Positions 11,895-24,345 of a stretch of 64,000 nt of DNA are shown piece after piece. The translations under genes were made by a program, and so were the position numbers. Where the stretch lies: the NCBI RefSeq assembly GCF_963921235.1, contig NC_086097.1, positions 45,448,001-45,512,000 on the forward strand. The letters are read 5' to 3'. The notes beneath the pieces are model-generated. The model saw only the letters and a list, made by a program, of their open reading frames with translations. It did not search any database and was not told the DNA's origin. This stretch comes from Mobula hypostoma. Its lineage: Eukaryota. Every line of letters starts with the position of its first letter. Position 1 is the first letter of the stretch.

Positions 11895-12412
11895 TTTCAA
11901 TGTTCAAAGTAAATTTATTATCAAAGTATGCATATTTTACCATATAGAATACTACCTAGTGATTCATTTTCTGGCAGGCATTTACAATAAAAAAGAAATA
12001 ATAGATTTTATGAAAAACTATATAAAACAAAGACTGACAAACACCAACATGCAAAAAAAGAGGAACTGTGGAAATAAAAATAATACAGAGAACATGAGTT
12101 GTAACGAGTCCTTGAAAGTGAGCTTGTAGATCATAGAACCCATTCTGAGTAGTGGTGAATGAAGTGATTCATGTCAATTCAGAAGCTTGAAGTTTTTAAG
12201 GTTACAACTGTTCTTGAACCTGGTGGTGTGGGACCTAAGTCTTCTGTAACTTATATCTGCTGGTAGTAGCAAAATGAAGGCATGGCCTGGATTGTGACAG
12301 GCTTTTATGATAGATGCTACATTCTTGTGGCAGCCCTCTGTGTAGATGTACTCAATGGCAGGGAAGGCTTCACCTGCAATGGACCAGACTGTATCCACCA
12401 CTTTCTGTATAC
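11895..12412 (-). mobile_element. Rex1/Babar-type LINE 3' fragment
   Basis: ORF 12174-12458 (QKVVDTVWSIAG...PGHAFILLLP...YRRLRSHTTRFKNS) matches the Rex1 ORF C-terminus. Tail caaagtaaatttattatcaaag. Confidence 0.75.
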
Positions 12413-12519
12413 GTTTATTTTTACCTTTAATATTCCTGCAATTACAGAAATCAAACATTTAGCATAGATATTTAACAGCTGTAATGTTTCACTGGTAATG
12501 TAATGGTTTCTCTGTAGCA

Positions 12520-12988
12520 GCAATGTTTAGGTTATGACGAGAGATAACAGGGCTTTGGAATGTTGTTCTTTCTTGTGAGTCTGGAAGAGAGTTTTTTGCG
12601 GTCTTTTGCCAGGGAGAGATGAAGAGAGAAGACACAAATAAAGAGAGTTGGAAGACCACCGGATGGAGTGGACTTGGAGCGAGGGTCCGAAGGTCAATGA
12701 CGATCGGAGGAAGTCAATGGTGGATGACCGGCTTATCAGTGAGCTCCGATGTTTGCACATTAGACTGTTTCATGAGAATGGGCCTTTTTCTTTACTAACC
12801 ATATAGTCAAATTAAGAATTATAAAGCTGAATCGTTTAATCGCATATTGTGTACTGTTAGTTATTTCATGGTACTGATTTGTAACAGGGGACACATCGCG
12901 CAGCATCCACCTGAACAAGATTTCTTAAGTTTGGCCGGGTTGGGGGCTATCACCCTAGATTAAGCCGCTAGCCGAAGCGAGAGTCACA
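12520..12988 (+). mobile_element. LTR-like fragment (3' part)
   Basis: Ends ...gagtcaCA. Shares tgtt.ttctttcttgtg.gtctg with the TG-starting element at 15079, and gggccttt...ataaagctgaa...gttatttc with the reverse strand of 29345-29967. No TSD found. Confidence 0.45.
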
Positions 12989-13067
12989 TATGTAAAGATG
13001 CAATACGATCATATTGACTTCAACCATTATGTGTAAGCTTTAAGTAAACTTTTAATATGAATTTTTA

Positions 13068-13597
13068 ATCTGAGGAAAGACATCCTTGCCATAGAGGGAG
13101 TACAAAGAAGGTTCACCAGATTGATTCCTGGGATGGCAGGTCTTTCATATGAAGAAAGATTGGATGAACTGGGCTTGTACTCGTTGGAATTTAGAAGATT
13201 GAGGGGGGATCTGATTGAAACGTATAAGATCCTAAAGGGATTGGACAGGCTAGATGCGGGAAGATTGTTCCCGATGTTGGGGAGGTCTAGAACGAGGGGT
13301 CACAGTTTGAGGATAGAGGGGAAGCCTTTTAGGACCGAGGTTAGGAAAAACTTCTTCACACAGAGAGTGGTGAATCTGTGGAATTCTCTGCCACAGCAAA
13401 CTGTTGAGGCCAGTTCATTAGCTATGTTTAAAAGGAAGTTAGATATGGCCCTTGTGGCTACAGGGGTCACGGGGTATGGAGGGAAGGCTGGGTTCTGAGT
13501 TGGATGATCAGCCATGATCATAATAAATGGCGGTGCAGGCTCGAAGGGCCGAATGGCCTACTCCTGCACCTATTTTCTATGTTTCTATGTTTCTATG
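13068..13597 (+). mobile_element. CR1 LINE 3' end (young subfamily)
   Basis: ORF 13121-13498 (GLYSLEFRRLRGDLIE...FFTQRVVNLWNSLP). Tail (ttctatgt)n. Nearly identical to 25607-26091. Confidence 0.95.
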
Positions 13598-14649
13598 AAT
13601 ACTATAGCTTAACTTGTTCAATTTGTGAAAAAAAAGAAAACTGGCAAATTTCATTTCGAGTAACAACAGGAATTACTGCATCTCAAAAATTACTGCCGGA
13701 TAAATATATTGTAAAGAGATACTATGGAGCTGGAGTCAGTGTCGTGATAAATACCTGTGCCATAAATAAATCAGATTTTTAAAAAAACTAGTCTACATTG
13801 AGCCAAACCATTACTGAACAACCAGAACACATTCAAACTGTATTGTCTGAAATGGCAAACCAGTTTGTGTGAAGTGAAGATGGCCACGTGACCTTAACAC
13901 TTCCAAAATCCAGTGAGTCCATTGAAAGTATTTTGATACACTTCATTATACTTGCTTGAAGATGACACAATCCAAGTGTACAAAAATTGTTTACTTACAA
14001 TGTGTGGCTATTACACCATTATAAATATTGTGCCTTGACCCATTTGTAACAAGAGTGGCATTTATTTTCATTACTCATTGACTCATTCAAAGGAAATAAG
14101 TTGAACTGATGTGAATTCTGGAAGTAGTATTTAATTAGTACCACTGTAAAGTACCTGAGTTTTTAGTGATGCTCCATCATTACTGTTTAGCAATTTACCT
14201 GACAATAGAAAAACTTTGTACATTGTATTTACCTTATGTGGACATTTCAAAATGAATGTTTTTACTTTATTAGATGTTTATGATATCTCAGCTATTTTTA
14301 ATCTTTATTTGCTTTTCCATATAAAGCCATGATTTTACTGCTCAAGTTTTATTTAAGATTAATGGCATCACCTTTACTTCACTGCTGACTGCAAATTCTA
14401 AGCCATGATCAATGATTTGCTCTGCCATAGCCTGATTTGCTTTTACTCATGAGAACATCAGAAATGAGGTTTTACACTGTTTCCACCATGGTCTGCAGGC
14501 TTTCTTTGTCCCAACTGATCTAGATGGGAGATCAATAGGATTTACTCTTTAACTCCATATTTTTAATATTGTAGTGAAGTATAAAACACTGTAGTAATAC
14601 TAAAGATGATATTACTTTACAGAAATATACATCATCATTTATTTCTCTT

Positions 14650-15078
14650 GCAAATTTCTACAAATGTACCATGAAGAGCACTCTAACTGATTACATCATC
14701 ATCCAGTGAAGGGCCACTGCGTAGAATTGGGAAAAGCTGCAGTAAGTTGTAAACTCAGCCAGCTCCATCATGGGCACCAGCCTCCTCAGCACCGAGGACA
14801 CCTTCAAAAAGTGATGCCTTAAAAAGGTTGTATCCGTTATTAAGGACCCCCATCACCCAGGACATATCCTCTTCTCATTGCTATCATCAGGAGGCAGTAC
14901 AGGAGCCTGAAGACTCACACTCTGTATTTCAGGATCAGTTTTTTCCCCTCCACCATCAGATTTCTGAATGGACAATGAACCCATGAACACTACCTCACTA
15001 GTTATTATTTTGCTCTGTTTTTGCTCTACTTATTTATTTTTTTTATATATACGTATTGTAATTTATAGTGTTTTTATG
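14650..15078 (+). mobile_element. Rex1/Babar-type LINE 3' fragment
   Basis: tgtaccatgaagagcac...ccagctccatcatgggcaccagcc...caccatcagatttctgaatggac, homologous to the end of the RT ORF 35975-36667. Confidence 0.7.
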
Positions 15079-15495
15079 TGTAAGGGGTTTCTTCTTTTAT
15101 GTCACCGCAAAGGGTAACAAAGTGGCTTCTTTGTTATGTTATAATTAAAATGGCTTTTCTGTAATAATAACTGAGATGTAAGGAGTTCTCTCTCTCTCTC
15201 TGCTTGTTTGGGCTATATTATTGATAAGGGAGAGAACGAACCAATTGGGATAGATGTTATTCTTTCTTGTGTGTCTGTAAACTATTGTTTTTCGCGGGCT
15301 TTGAGGGAGAAGGCGTGATGGGGACAGGGAGAGGAGACGCGACGCTGTAAGCTGGGTGGCAGAACAGACCTCGAGCAGGAGTCCGAGGCCCAGGGTCTTC
15401 GGCGAGGAGAGGAGACGAAGACAGACTCGTGTGGGGCGTCTGGTCGACCACCGTGGTTGGTCGAGATGGTCGGAGGGGATCGCATGGTGGAAAGA
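15079..15495 (+). mobile_element. LTR-like fragment (5' part)
   Basis: Begins TGTAAGGGG, has a CpG-rich body and is similar to 12520-12988. It is truncated by a Penelope fragment. Confidence 0.45.
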
Positions 15496-15507
15496 AGACT
15501 CCATTAC

Positions 15508-15760
15508 TTCACAAAATAATCTGCAGGTGCTGTTGTCAAAGGAACACTCACAATGCGCTGGAGGAACTCAGCAGGTCAGTCAGCATCAGTTGAAAAGATT
15601 AGTCGACGTTTCGGGCCGAAACCCTTCATCAGGACTGAAGGAAGAACTTTGGGGAGGGTTTGAAGAATGCTGGTAGTTGAAAAAAAGAGTAATTTGAAAG
15701 ACAAAGGGGTGGGGGAGGGGAAGCAATCTCCTGTCAATCACCTCCCTGCTTCTTCCCTCA
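15508..15760 (-). mobile_element. Penelope 3' fragment
   Basis: Closely matches 9685-9905 (cacaaaataatctgcag...gctggaggaactcagcagg...gtaatttgaaagacaaagg). Confidence 0.85.
15601..15637 (-). ncRNA. Minimal hammerhead ribozyme motif, intact core
   Basis: Reverse complement reads cagtc-CTGATGA-a-ggg(tttcgg)ccc-GAAAC-GTC-gact. Confidence 0.8.
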
Positions 15761-16370
15761 GAGGGTCATGAGGGTGTGGAATGAGCTGCCAGCACAAGTG
15801 TTGAATGTGAGCTCGATTTTTGTTTAAGAGAAGTTTGGACTGGTAAATGGATGGTAGGTTATGGGGAGGGGCTACACTCCAAATTTGAATCAATGGGAGC
15901 AGGCAGTAGTAATAGTTTCAGTATGGACTAAATGGGATGAGGGGCCTGTTTCCTCTTCTTTATAACTCTATATTGTATCATGATCATGAGTGTTCACAGC
16001 CACATTATGATACAGATAATCCTAACTCAAATTAACATATTTAGCAAAGTCTTGTGACATAGAAACTGCCTATTTGTTTTTTATGATACGTAGTAGAATT
16101 TATTCTATAGTTTTGGAATATTGAAAATCAAATTTGTCATGTATATGGAGTGAAGGAGGTGGTCCAACTTCCAGCGGATACAGATTCTGCACTCAGTGAA
16201 TCTTACTATGTTTCAAACTGTTAATTGCAAACGAGGTTTCTCCTGGGCATCAACATCTCAGGTGATCCATCTTGGGCCAATCGCCAAGAAGGCATGCTAG
16301 GGACTCTGCTTCATTAAGAGTTTGAGAAATATACAAGAATCTTTGGCGACATATCAACTCAGGATTCTAG

Positions 16371-17462
16371 TGTCATGGTCCGGATCGGGCTCCCCTTAAA
16401 TTTCCTTTGTTTGTGTTACGATCGGGACCGTTGACTCCTTGTTTCCCTTTATTTCCCTGTTTTCCTGTGTCCCTCGGGCTTGGTGATTAAAGGCAATTTA
16501 CTCTCAACTGAACCGGCAGTTTATAAGTCTCTGGCTTTCAGCCATTAGGCATGAGAGCGTTAATGAAGTCACCGAAGCTAGTGTGAGCCAAAGTCATCTT
16601 GCCGCAGTCAACTAAGTTTCTTGCTGGAGCAAGCCAAGTCTCCTCCTGAAGTAAGTGCCAGCAAGCCACCTTCCCTTGCCAGGGCAGGTCCGTCAAAGTT
16701 AACCCACCGGGGTGAGTCAAGAGATCGCCGTTGCTTAGAGCAGACTTGTGTCCAGTTAAATTACTGTCTATCGTTGTGTTCGGAACCGTCTCGTCGTGTT
16801 CAGCATTCTGTGTATGAGTCCCGGCCCTATGTCCTGTTCCCAAGGAGGGGTCCCGGCTCTGTGTTCCATGCTCCTGTCTCTCAAGTCCAAGCTCCGAGGT
16901 TCAAGTATCCAGTCCAAGCTCTGAGGTTCAAGTATCAAGTCCATGTCTGGGTCCCGAGTTCCAGTTTCCAGTTCCAAGTCCAAGTCCAAGTCAAAGCTTT
17001 ATGTTTTCGTCCTGTGCAGGAGTTCATTGTCCAGTCCCGATGCCTTGCCACGTCTTGTCCTCGCCTGGGTCCAGAGTCCGAGCCCAAGTCAAGACCCAAG
17101 TTCCGGGTCCCTATCCAGTCTCTGGCTCGGAGTCCTTGTCCAGGTTCCAAGTTCCTAGTTCCTCGTCCAGGTCTTGCTTTCCTAGTCTAGTCCTAGCCCA
17201 GGCCCTGTATCCTAGCCTCGTCCAGGGCCTGTGTCTTGTCCATCGTCGTTTCTTCCCCACTTCCTTTGCTTTCTTGACACACCTTGTCCTGTTCCTAGTC
17301 CATTACGCTTATTCCCGCTTCTGCTTTGCTCTCTCCTTGAACTCTCTCTGTTCTATCCTTGTGTCATGGCTTTCCTTGTATGTAATTATTAATAAACTCT
17401 ATTTAGTTAACCCTACAAAATGTCACCGTTTGTGTCCTGCATTTGGGTCCACCCTTGTGACA
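16371..17462 (+). mobile_element. Solo LTR (Gypsy-type) with 5-bp TSD, inserted in a Rex1 fragment
   Basis: TGTCA...TGACA termini. TCTAG direct repeats at 16366-16370 and 17463-17467. AATAAA at 17391. Internal (tccaag)n repeats. Confidence 0.9.
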
Positions 17463-17467
17463 TCTAG

Positions 17468-17930
17468 TCAATTTCTCTAGATGTACCATGGAGAGCATTC
17501 TGACTGGTAGCATCACCATCTGATGTGGAGGCTCTAATGAGCAGGACTGAAACAGGCTGCAGAGGGTTCTACACTCAGCTAGGCACAACACTCCCTACCA
17601 TTAAGGACATCTTCAAGAAACCATTCCTGAAGAAGACAGCATCCATTATTAATGACCCTTGCATCTGGGACATGCCCTCTTGTCATTACTATCACCAGGG
17701 AGGTCATACAGGAGACTGAAGACCCACACTCAACACTTTAGGATCAGCTTCTTCCCCTCTGCCTTCAGATTTCTGTATACAGTAGTCCAAGAACAAGACA
17801 TCATTATTCCTCTTTTGTACTATCTATTTATCTTTGTAACTTAGTTTTTATATCTTGCACTGAACTGCTGCTTCAAAACAACAAATGTCACCATATAGGT
17901 CAGTGATAATAAACCTGATTCTAATTCTGA
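17468..17930 (+). mobile_element. Rex1/Babar-type LINE 3' fragment
   Basis: agatgtaccatggagagcattctgactgg... ending gataataaacctgattctaattctga. Its upstream part lies before the solo LTR (about 16305-16365). Confidence 0.7.
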
Positions 17931-18137
17931 AAATACTGATAAGTCAATCATGGATATTGTGTCCTAGCTGTCTATGCGGATATGCAAGCCAGAGTAAATG
18001 GAGAGCAAACTTCTGCCCAGGTAGCAGGCTCCCTCTCTCCACACAGCTGATGAATCCAAAGGAATAGCAGAGACCGATACAGTTTGGCACCTGTGGTGTT
18101 GCAGGAGAAGCCAGTCAGTGTTGAAGACAACGTGTAG

Positions 18138-18760
18138 CTCATGGATGACCTCACCTGGTCCCTAATATCACCTTCCTGAACAAGGCACAGCAGCGCCTCC
18201 ACTTCCGAAGGAGATTGAGGAAAATGAGGTGTGTACCCTCCCCTCCCCACCCCACCATTTTAACTGCATTTTATAGGAGCACCATTGAGAGTGCCCTGAC
18301 AAGTTATATCTCCGTCTGGTATGGAAGCAGCCGAGCATCAGACCGGAAATCCCTACGAAGGAGTGTGAGAATGGCTGAGAGGATCATAGGCATCTCCCTA
18401 CCATCCATCAGTGACATTTATCAGGAGTGTTGCAAATGCAGGGCACTTAGTATTATGAGGAATCCCACCCATCCATCCAGCATCCTCTTTGACTTTCTAC
18501 CATCAGTCAGAAGATTACGATGCATAAAAACAAGAACCGTCAGGATGGGAAACAGCTTCTTTCCTCAAGGCCATTAGGCTTCTGAACTCCCTGCTGCATC
18601 ACTGGTGTCACTGGTTAATCTGTTCTGTACCTCATAATATTTAATTTATGCACTTTGGTTTATGTAATCCATCTATAGGTTTCATCCTTACTTTCACAAG
18701 TTATTATGTATGTGTTATGTACACTCCAGCTCTTTACACAAGGTTCGGAGAAACATTGTC
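18138..18760 (+). mobile_element. Rex1/Babar-type LINE 3' fragment (tail resumes about 19610-19655 after the LTR)
   Basis: ORF 18215-18577: ILTAFYRSTIESALTSYISVWYGS...LRRSVRMAERIIG...HPSSILFDFLPS.RRLR.IKTRT.RMGNSFFP. Confidence 0.85.
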
Positions 18761-19604
18761 TGTCATGGTCTGTGAAGTCTGCATTCTGGTTCATGGTCCG
18801 GTCCATCAATCCTTGTTCTGGGTTTCCCTGTTTTCTCCCTTGTTCTGTTGGGTGCCTTAATTGAGGCACCTGATTCTCATTTCGGTCTGGCACATAAATA
18901 CCTCTGCAAACCAGAGATTGTTTGCTGGACTGTTCCCTTCCCTTCCCCTTCCTTCTGAATCCTTTGCCTGCGACCTCGCCAGTATCCCTGTCAAGTTCAA
19001 CCACCGGAGTGAGACTGGAGCCTTGCCACGCCAAGATAAGGAACTATCTATCGTTGAGTTTGGAACTGTCCCTTTGTGTCCCCGTGTTTAGTGTCCGTGT
19101 TCTGTGTACAAGTCCCGGCCCTACATCCTGTTCCCAAGGAGGGATACTGACTCTGTGTTCTGTGTTCCGTGTTCCAGTGCTCAGGTCCAAGGCCAGGCGC
19201 CGTGTTCCAGCTCTGTCCAAGTCTGAGCTTCGTGTCCTCATCCAGTTCTGGTGCCTCATCCGGTGCTGGAGATTCCTTGTCCTGTGATGGATCGTCCCCA
19301 TCCGAAACCTCAGCAGTCATCCCAGCCCTGCATCCTAGGAAGGGTCCCGGCTCTGTACCCAAGAGTCTAACCAAGTCGGGTCCAGGATTTGAGCCAAATC
19401 TAGTTCAAGAGCCACATCCTGTGCTGGAGATTCCTCGCCCAGCCCGGTGCTGGTGTTTCCTCGTCCTGTCCAAGCCAAGGCTTTGTGCTCTCGTCCTGTG
19501 CAGGAGTTCCACATCCTGTCCTTGCCAAGGTCCTGGTCCTGTTCCTAGAACTTCAGTGTCTGTGCCTTGCACTTGGGTCCGCCTTCCAACGCCCCAGTGT
19601 AACA
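18761..19604 (+). mobile_element. Solo LTR (related to 16371-17462) with 5-bp TSD
   Basis: TGTCA...TAACA termini. TTGTC direct repeats at 18756-18760 and 19605-19609. Shares tgtcatggtc, gtcccggcccta..tcctgttcccaaggaggg and ttgggtcc with the other LTR. Confidence 0.9.
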
Positions 19605-20257
19605 TTGTCCTGTTGGACGATATATTAGTTAAATGACAATGAAACTGACTTGACGTAGGGATTCCAGCTCCATATTTTTTGTTGGGGCTTACTCCTGAAG
19701 CTTTCTCAATGAATGGTGACTGGGTATAGCCATAAGGCAGCGGAGATTTGAGATCAGAGTTTTCGTTCTCCAAGAAGTCCTGTGAACCATGGTTGACAAA
19801 GCCCATCTGCCTGAAGTGACTGGTTTTAAAGCACTAGTTACTCATTTTTCCCTTCTTTCAGTAGAAATAGTTCCACCAGGCTTAATAGTTGAGCCACGCA
19901 TGCAGGCCAGGAGCTAGACTTAGTTGTCAGAGGCTATTTAAGACGCATGCCATTGGGAGCATTTAATAGGTAGTAGGAGCTAACACCAACTACGTCCTCC
20001 GCCATGACAACTTCACGGAACAAATGATACATGTGATGAGCACAAAATATAGATGGCAATAATTATTGTCGAAACTCCAGTAACACAGACTTGCCTGTTT
20101 CCAGCACCCTGCACATTTACTTAAGGATGATCCAAAGCTCTTTATGGACATTGAAACATTTCTGAAGTGCTGTTATTGGCGTCATGCAAGGAAAAGAAAA
20201 ACCAATTAATGCATAGCAAGCTCCCACAAATGACAGTCTGATAGGCATGCAAATAAA

Positions 20258-20741
20258 CACTCAGTAGTCACAAAGTGGTACACCTGTGCAATTGTTAATG
20301 CAAATATTTAATCAGCCAATCATGTGGCAGCAACGGAGTTCATAAAAACATGCACATATAGCCAGAAGGTTCAGTTGTTATTCAGACCAAACATCAGAAT
20401 GAGGAAGAAATGTGATCTAGGTGATTTTGATTACAGAAAGATTGCTGGAGATAGATGGGGCGGTTTGCATATCTCAGAAACCGCTGATCTCTTGGGATTT
20501 TCACACGCAGAAGTCTCTGAGTTTACAGAGAATGGTGCGAAAAACAAAAAAACAAAAAAATACAGCAAGTGGCAGTTCTGTGGACAACCATGACAAGAGA
20601 GGTCAGAGGAAAATGGCCAGACTGGTTCAAGCTGACAAGAAGGCACCAGTAACTCAAATAACCGTGTGTTATAACAGTGATGTGCAGAAGAGCATCTCTG
20701 AATGCACTTCAAACCTTGAAGTGGATAATGGCCACTGAGTG
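20258..20741 (+). mobile_element. Tc1-derived internally deleted DNA transposon
   Basis: TIR cactcagt.g.ca / tggccactgagtg. Encodes a Tc1-like N-terminal HTH remnant KCDLGDFD...GGLHISETADLLGFSH. Confidence 0.8.
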
Positions 20742-21084
20742 TGTCTTTGAAAATGTCATCGAGGGATAAAGTTATTGGTGAGGCCAAAGATATCATGAAA
20801 TAGTATTTCAGAAACAAAGCAATTCTTATTGTAACATGCTCTCACAGCTGCACTGGAATGCCTACCTAAAATTTTGTTTAAAATGGGAATTATACATTTT
20901 TTTAGAATTAAACATATTGTGAAATCTATGAATTACCTCAAATCTTGCTGTATATTAGGATTGCAAAAAATATAACAAGTTTTTTAAGCATGTTGTACCA
21001 GACATTCAGTCATTCTTGTCTGGCACGTGGTTTCAGGATTAACGGGGACACGTTATGAACGTTCCTGACTCGACCCTTGTAATT

Positions 21085-21195
21085 TTTTACAAGGCTGGAC
21101 ACTCAACCCGGCACAGATGGAAAGCATGCCTGACCTGGATTCAAACTCGGGAACCTTCGCTCCAGAGTCCGGCGCTGATCTCACTGTGCCACCAC
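21085..21195 (-). mobile_element. tRNA-derived SINE fragment
   Basis: Reverse strand reads tggtggcacagtg (A box-like)...gagtttgaatcc (B box-like). Same family as 59415-59532. Confidence 0.55.
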
Positions 21196-21324
21196 TGAGT
21201 ACATATTTGCATGCTATCAGACTGTTGTTTGTGGGAGCTTGCTATGCATTAATCGGTTTTTCTTTTCCTTGCATTGTTAAATTATTAACAATGTTTCATA
21301 ATTGTCAGTGCCCTTATCTTTTAA

Positions 21325-21640
21325 ACCTGGTAGTGGACCACAACCTTGTTGTAGGGTTTGCCTCAATGACCCAGACATCTATGTTGGCTGGAGTGAGGGC
21401 CTTGTGCTTTGGATCTTGGTAGGGTCATCCATTCCAAGCAGGTCAAAGAGTGGTCCACCAGTCCTCCGGGTTCGAGGATTAGCTCGGGGCTAACAACCCC
21501 AACTGGTAAAACAAAATTATTATGGAAACAGCAATGAAGAATCTTTCTGTATCTGCATGCGATGGTGTGGTCAGACAGAGATGGAGGTCTTCATTGCCAC
21601 CTGAAACGCCTCAGCATAAGTTACACTACCCAAGTAAGTT
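21325..21640 (+). mobile_element. RTE-clade derived short element (5' UTR joined to 3' end)
   Basis: ggaccacaaccttgt...ctcaatga...ggtagggtcatcca...caggtcaaag...gctaacaacc resembles RTE/BovB-type 5' UTRs as I recall them. It ends with a tggagg.cttcattgcc...aagtaagt RTE-like tail. Confidence 0.5.
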
Positions 21641-23779
21641 ACCTTTAGTACTTCACAAATGGAGATAGAGATAATTTGGTCAATGAGCGTCTGAATTGTA
21701 ATGAAAATTACTGAATACCAATACAGGAGACTGAAGACCCACACTCAATACTTTAGGATCAGCTTCTTCCCCTCTGCCTTCAGATTGCTGTATACAGTAG
21801 TCCAAGAACAGGACCTCATTATTCCTCTTTTGTACTATCTGTTTATCTTTGTAACTTAGTTTTTATATCTTACACTGAACTGCTGCTTCAAAACAACAAA
21901 TGTCACCATATAGGTCAGTGACAATAAACCTGATTCTAATTCTGAAAATACTGATACATGTGAGGCCCTCTGTTGGTCAGAGTCAATCATGGATATTGTG
22001 TTCTAGCTGTCTGCATGCAAGCCAGAGTAAATGGCGAGCAAACTTCTGCCCAGGTAGCAGGCTCCCTCTCTCCACACAGCTGATGAGTCCAAAGGAACAC
22101 CACAGACCGATACAGTTTGGCACCTGTGATGTTGCAGGAGAAGCCAGTCAGAGCTGAAGACAACATATAGCTCATGGATGACCTCACCTGGTCCCTAATA
22201 TCACCTTCCAGCAGCGTCTCCAATTCCGAAGGAGATTGAGGAAAATGCAGGTTACCTGGATGAAGATGAAGACACTGAAGCTTTTGAATTTGCTTCATGA
22301 TTTAATAAACCAGCAGTCTGTCGCAATCTCTAGTCTGCCCAGCATGCGGAGTTCGGCGCATCACCTCGTTTCCCGCAGATTCCCTTTGAGAACAGCTTTG
22401 ACATTAACAAAAGCCCGGGAATTCGCGTGATCATGTAAAAGTCACAGCACTCGACTGTGCCCTTTTTGGATTATCAGAGATAAAAAACACGCCCGGTTTT
22501 CTCCTGCAAAGTAAGTGGGTATAGACAGCAATATATGCCCTTTGGAATGAAGGCTCCCAAACCGATAGGGATTAGAACATCCCACAAGATATGTTCAGCA
22601 AATTGATTCTTAAAAGCAAATATTTGCTCCGAGTTTTTCTGTTATTTCATCCAACAGCTCTCGCTGCCGAGACCCTAAAACCGACCCATCCTTGCCAGAT
22701 CATCAATTTATTTCAGCTGCATTCCCCGCCCGGGAAAGCCAGCGAATAATTTGAGACTAAGTGCTTATGCGAAAATTACTTGTAGAAATACAAAAACACG
22801 ATAGAATGATTTATCGTCGTACATCTCTGTCTGATGCGGCAAATCCACCTCAGAGAACCGAGTTTACAAATGATCCCCAGCAGCATGCCTTTGATTTGGC
22901 CCTCCTACCCAGTACTACACAACGCACCATGTTTAGTTATATCTTACGTTTTCCATTCCTTGCTGCATCAGAATTGGGTCACTTTTAAATATTTAACTCG
23001 TCAAGTCGATTGCTTAAAAATTAGCAGAGTTATTGTCTAAGATCGTTGATCATTTATCACAAGAAGAAAATAAGACATTTCGTAATTCTCTGCAAGATCA
23101 TTGAACACAAATGTCTGCTGTTTCTCTCCGCGTGCGCTGCTTGACCTGCTGAATGTTTCCAACATGAGTTTTCTTTTCCGATTTCCGAACTTCCTCTCTA
23201 ATATTTTCTGATTTCACTCACACATACCTTTTATTTATTCATTTATTTCCCCTCTTTATTATGTTTCTCTTTCATTTCCTCAATATAAAAGTCGTAGAGC
23301 TATTTTACACATAAAATAAATCGAAGTTTGTGGTCTTGCGTTCAACGTGTTTGAAAATAACCTTTTCAGAAGCAGAATCACTTTATTGACAGTAATTGAC
23401 CGGTTCTGTGCAAAGCACAAAGGACAAACAATAAATTGCAAGCCAACCATTTACAAGACAATAGTGCAAACAGCCATAAGCTATCAACAATTGGCAGAAT
23501 GGTCACATGTGCAAACGTCAGTAATTAACGCCACCTTTAAAACTTATTCGAATAAACTAGTTTTGTTCAAAGAGCTCCAGAAATGGCTGTAAATGGCGAT
23601 CTAATACCGTTCATTAAAATAGATCTGTAATCGTATAAATTGCAAGCGTCACTAGCAAACTCGAGTGCAGGAAACACAGAGACTTCGGCAATTAAAATAA
23701 AACTAGAGATTAACAAGAAAAATCTAATAAGAGCTGTGCAGACTGTGCAGAACTGTGCAGAATCTTGAAGTACTAAAAT

Positions 23780-24275
23780 TCACTCCTTTCTAAGATAAGG
23801 AGACCAAATTGCTCACAGTACTCTAAGTGAGGCCTCACCAGTGCTTTAAAGAAACTCAACATTTTGCTTTTATATTCTAGTCCTCTTAAAATGAATTACA
23901 TTTGCCTTCCTCATCACAGACTCAAACTGCGAATTAACCTTTAGAGAATCCCGCACAAGGTCTCCAGGGTCCCTTTGAGCATCAGATTTTTGAATTTTCT
24001 GTCCAGTTAGAAAACAGCCTACCCAGGGGGTCCCAGCAATTTCTATGCCATGGAACAATACCATTATGCAAGGAATCCATAGACCCCCAGGTCAGGTCTA
24101 CCCTTTTATTTCTTCTAGCAACGTGCATGGCCACACAGTATTCCACCTGCTACTTCTTTACCCATTCTCCTAATCTGCCTTAGTCCTTCTGTAGTGTCTT
24201 TACTTCCTCAAAACTACCTGCCCCTCCAACGATTGTTGTATCACCTGCAAACTTTGCAACAAAGCCATCAATTCT
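23780..24275 (-). mobile_element. CR1 LINE fragment, degenerate
   Basis: Reverse strand resembles CR1 ORF2 (QRDPG.LV.DSLKV..., gcactggtgaggcctcacttagagtactgtgagc). Confidence 0.7.
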
Positions 24276-24345
24276 GTTATCAAGCAACACACATCAAAGT
24301 TGCTGGTGAATGCAGCAGGCCAGGCAGCATCTCTAGGAAGAGGTA

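Noticed and set aside
16880..16995. Short tandem repeats (tccaag)n and a duplicated 27-mer, superficially array-like
   Set aside because: Internal LTR repeats without unique spacers. This is eukaryotic DNA, so not CRISPR.
16538..19806. Numerous overlapping ORFs up to 189 aa on both strands
   Set aside because: They lie within the two low-complexity solo LTRs and have no gag/pol motifs.
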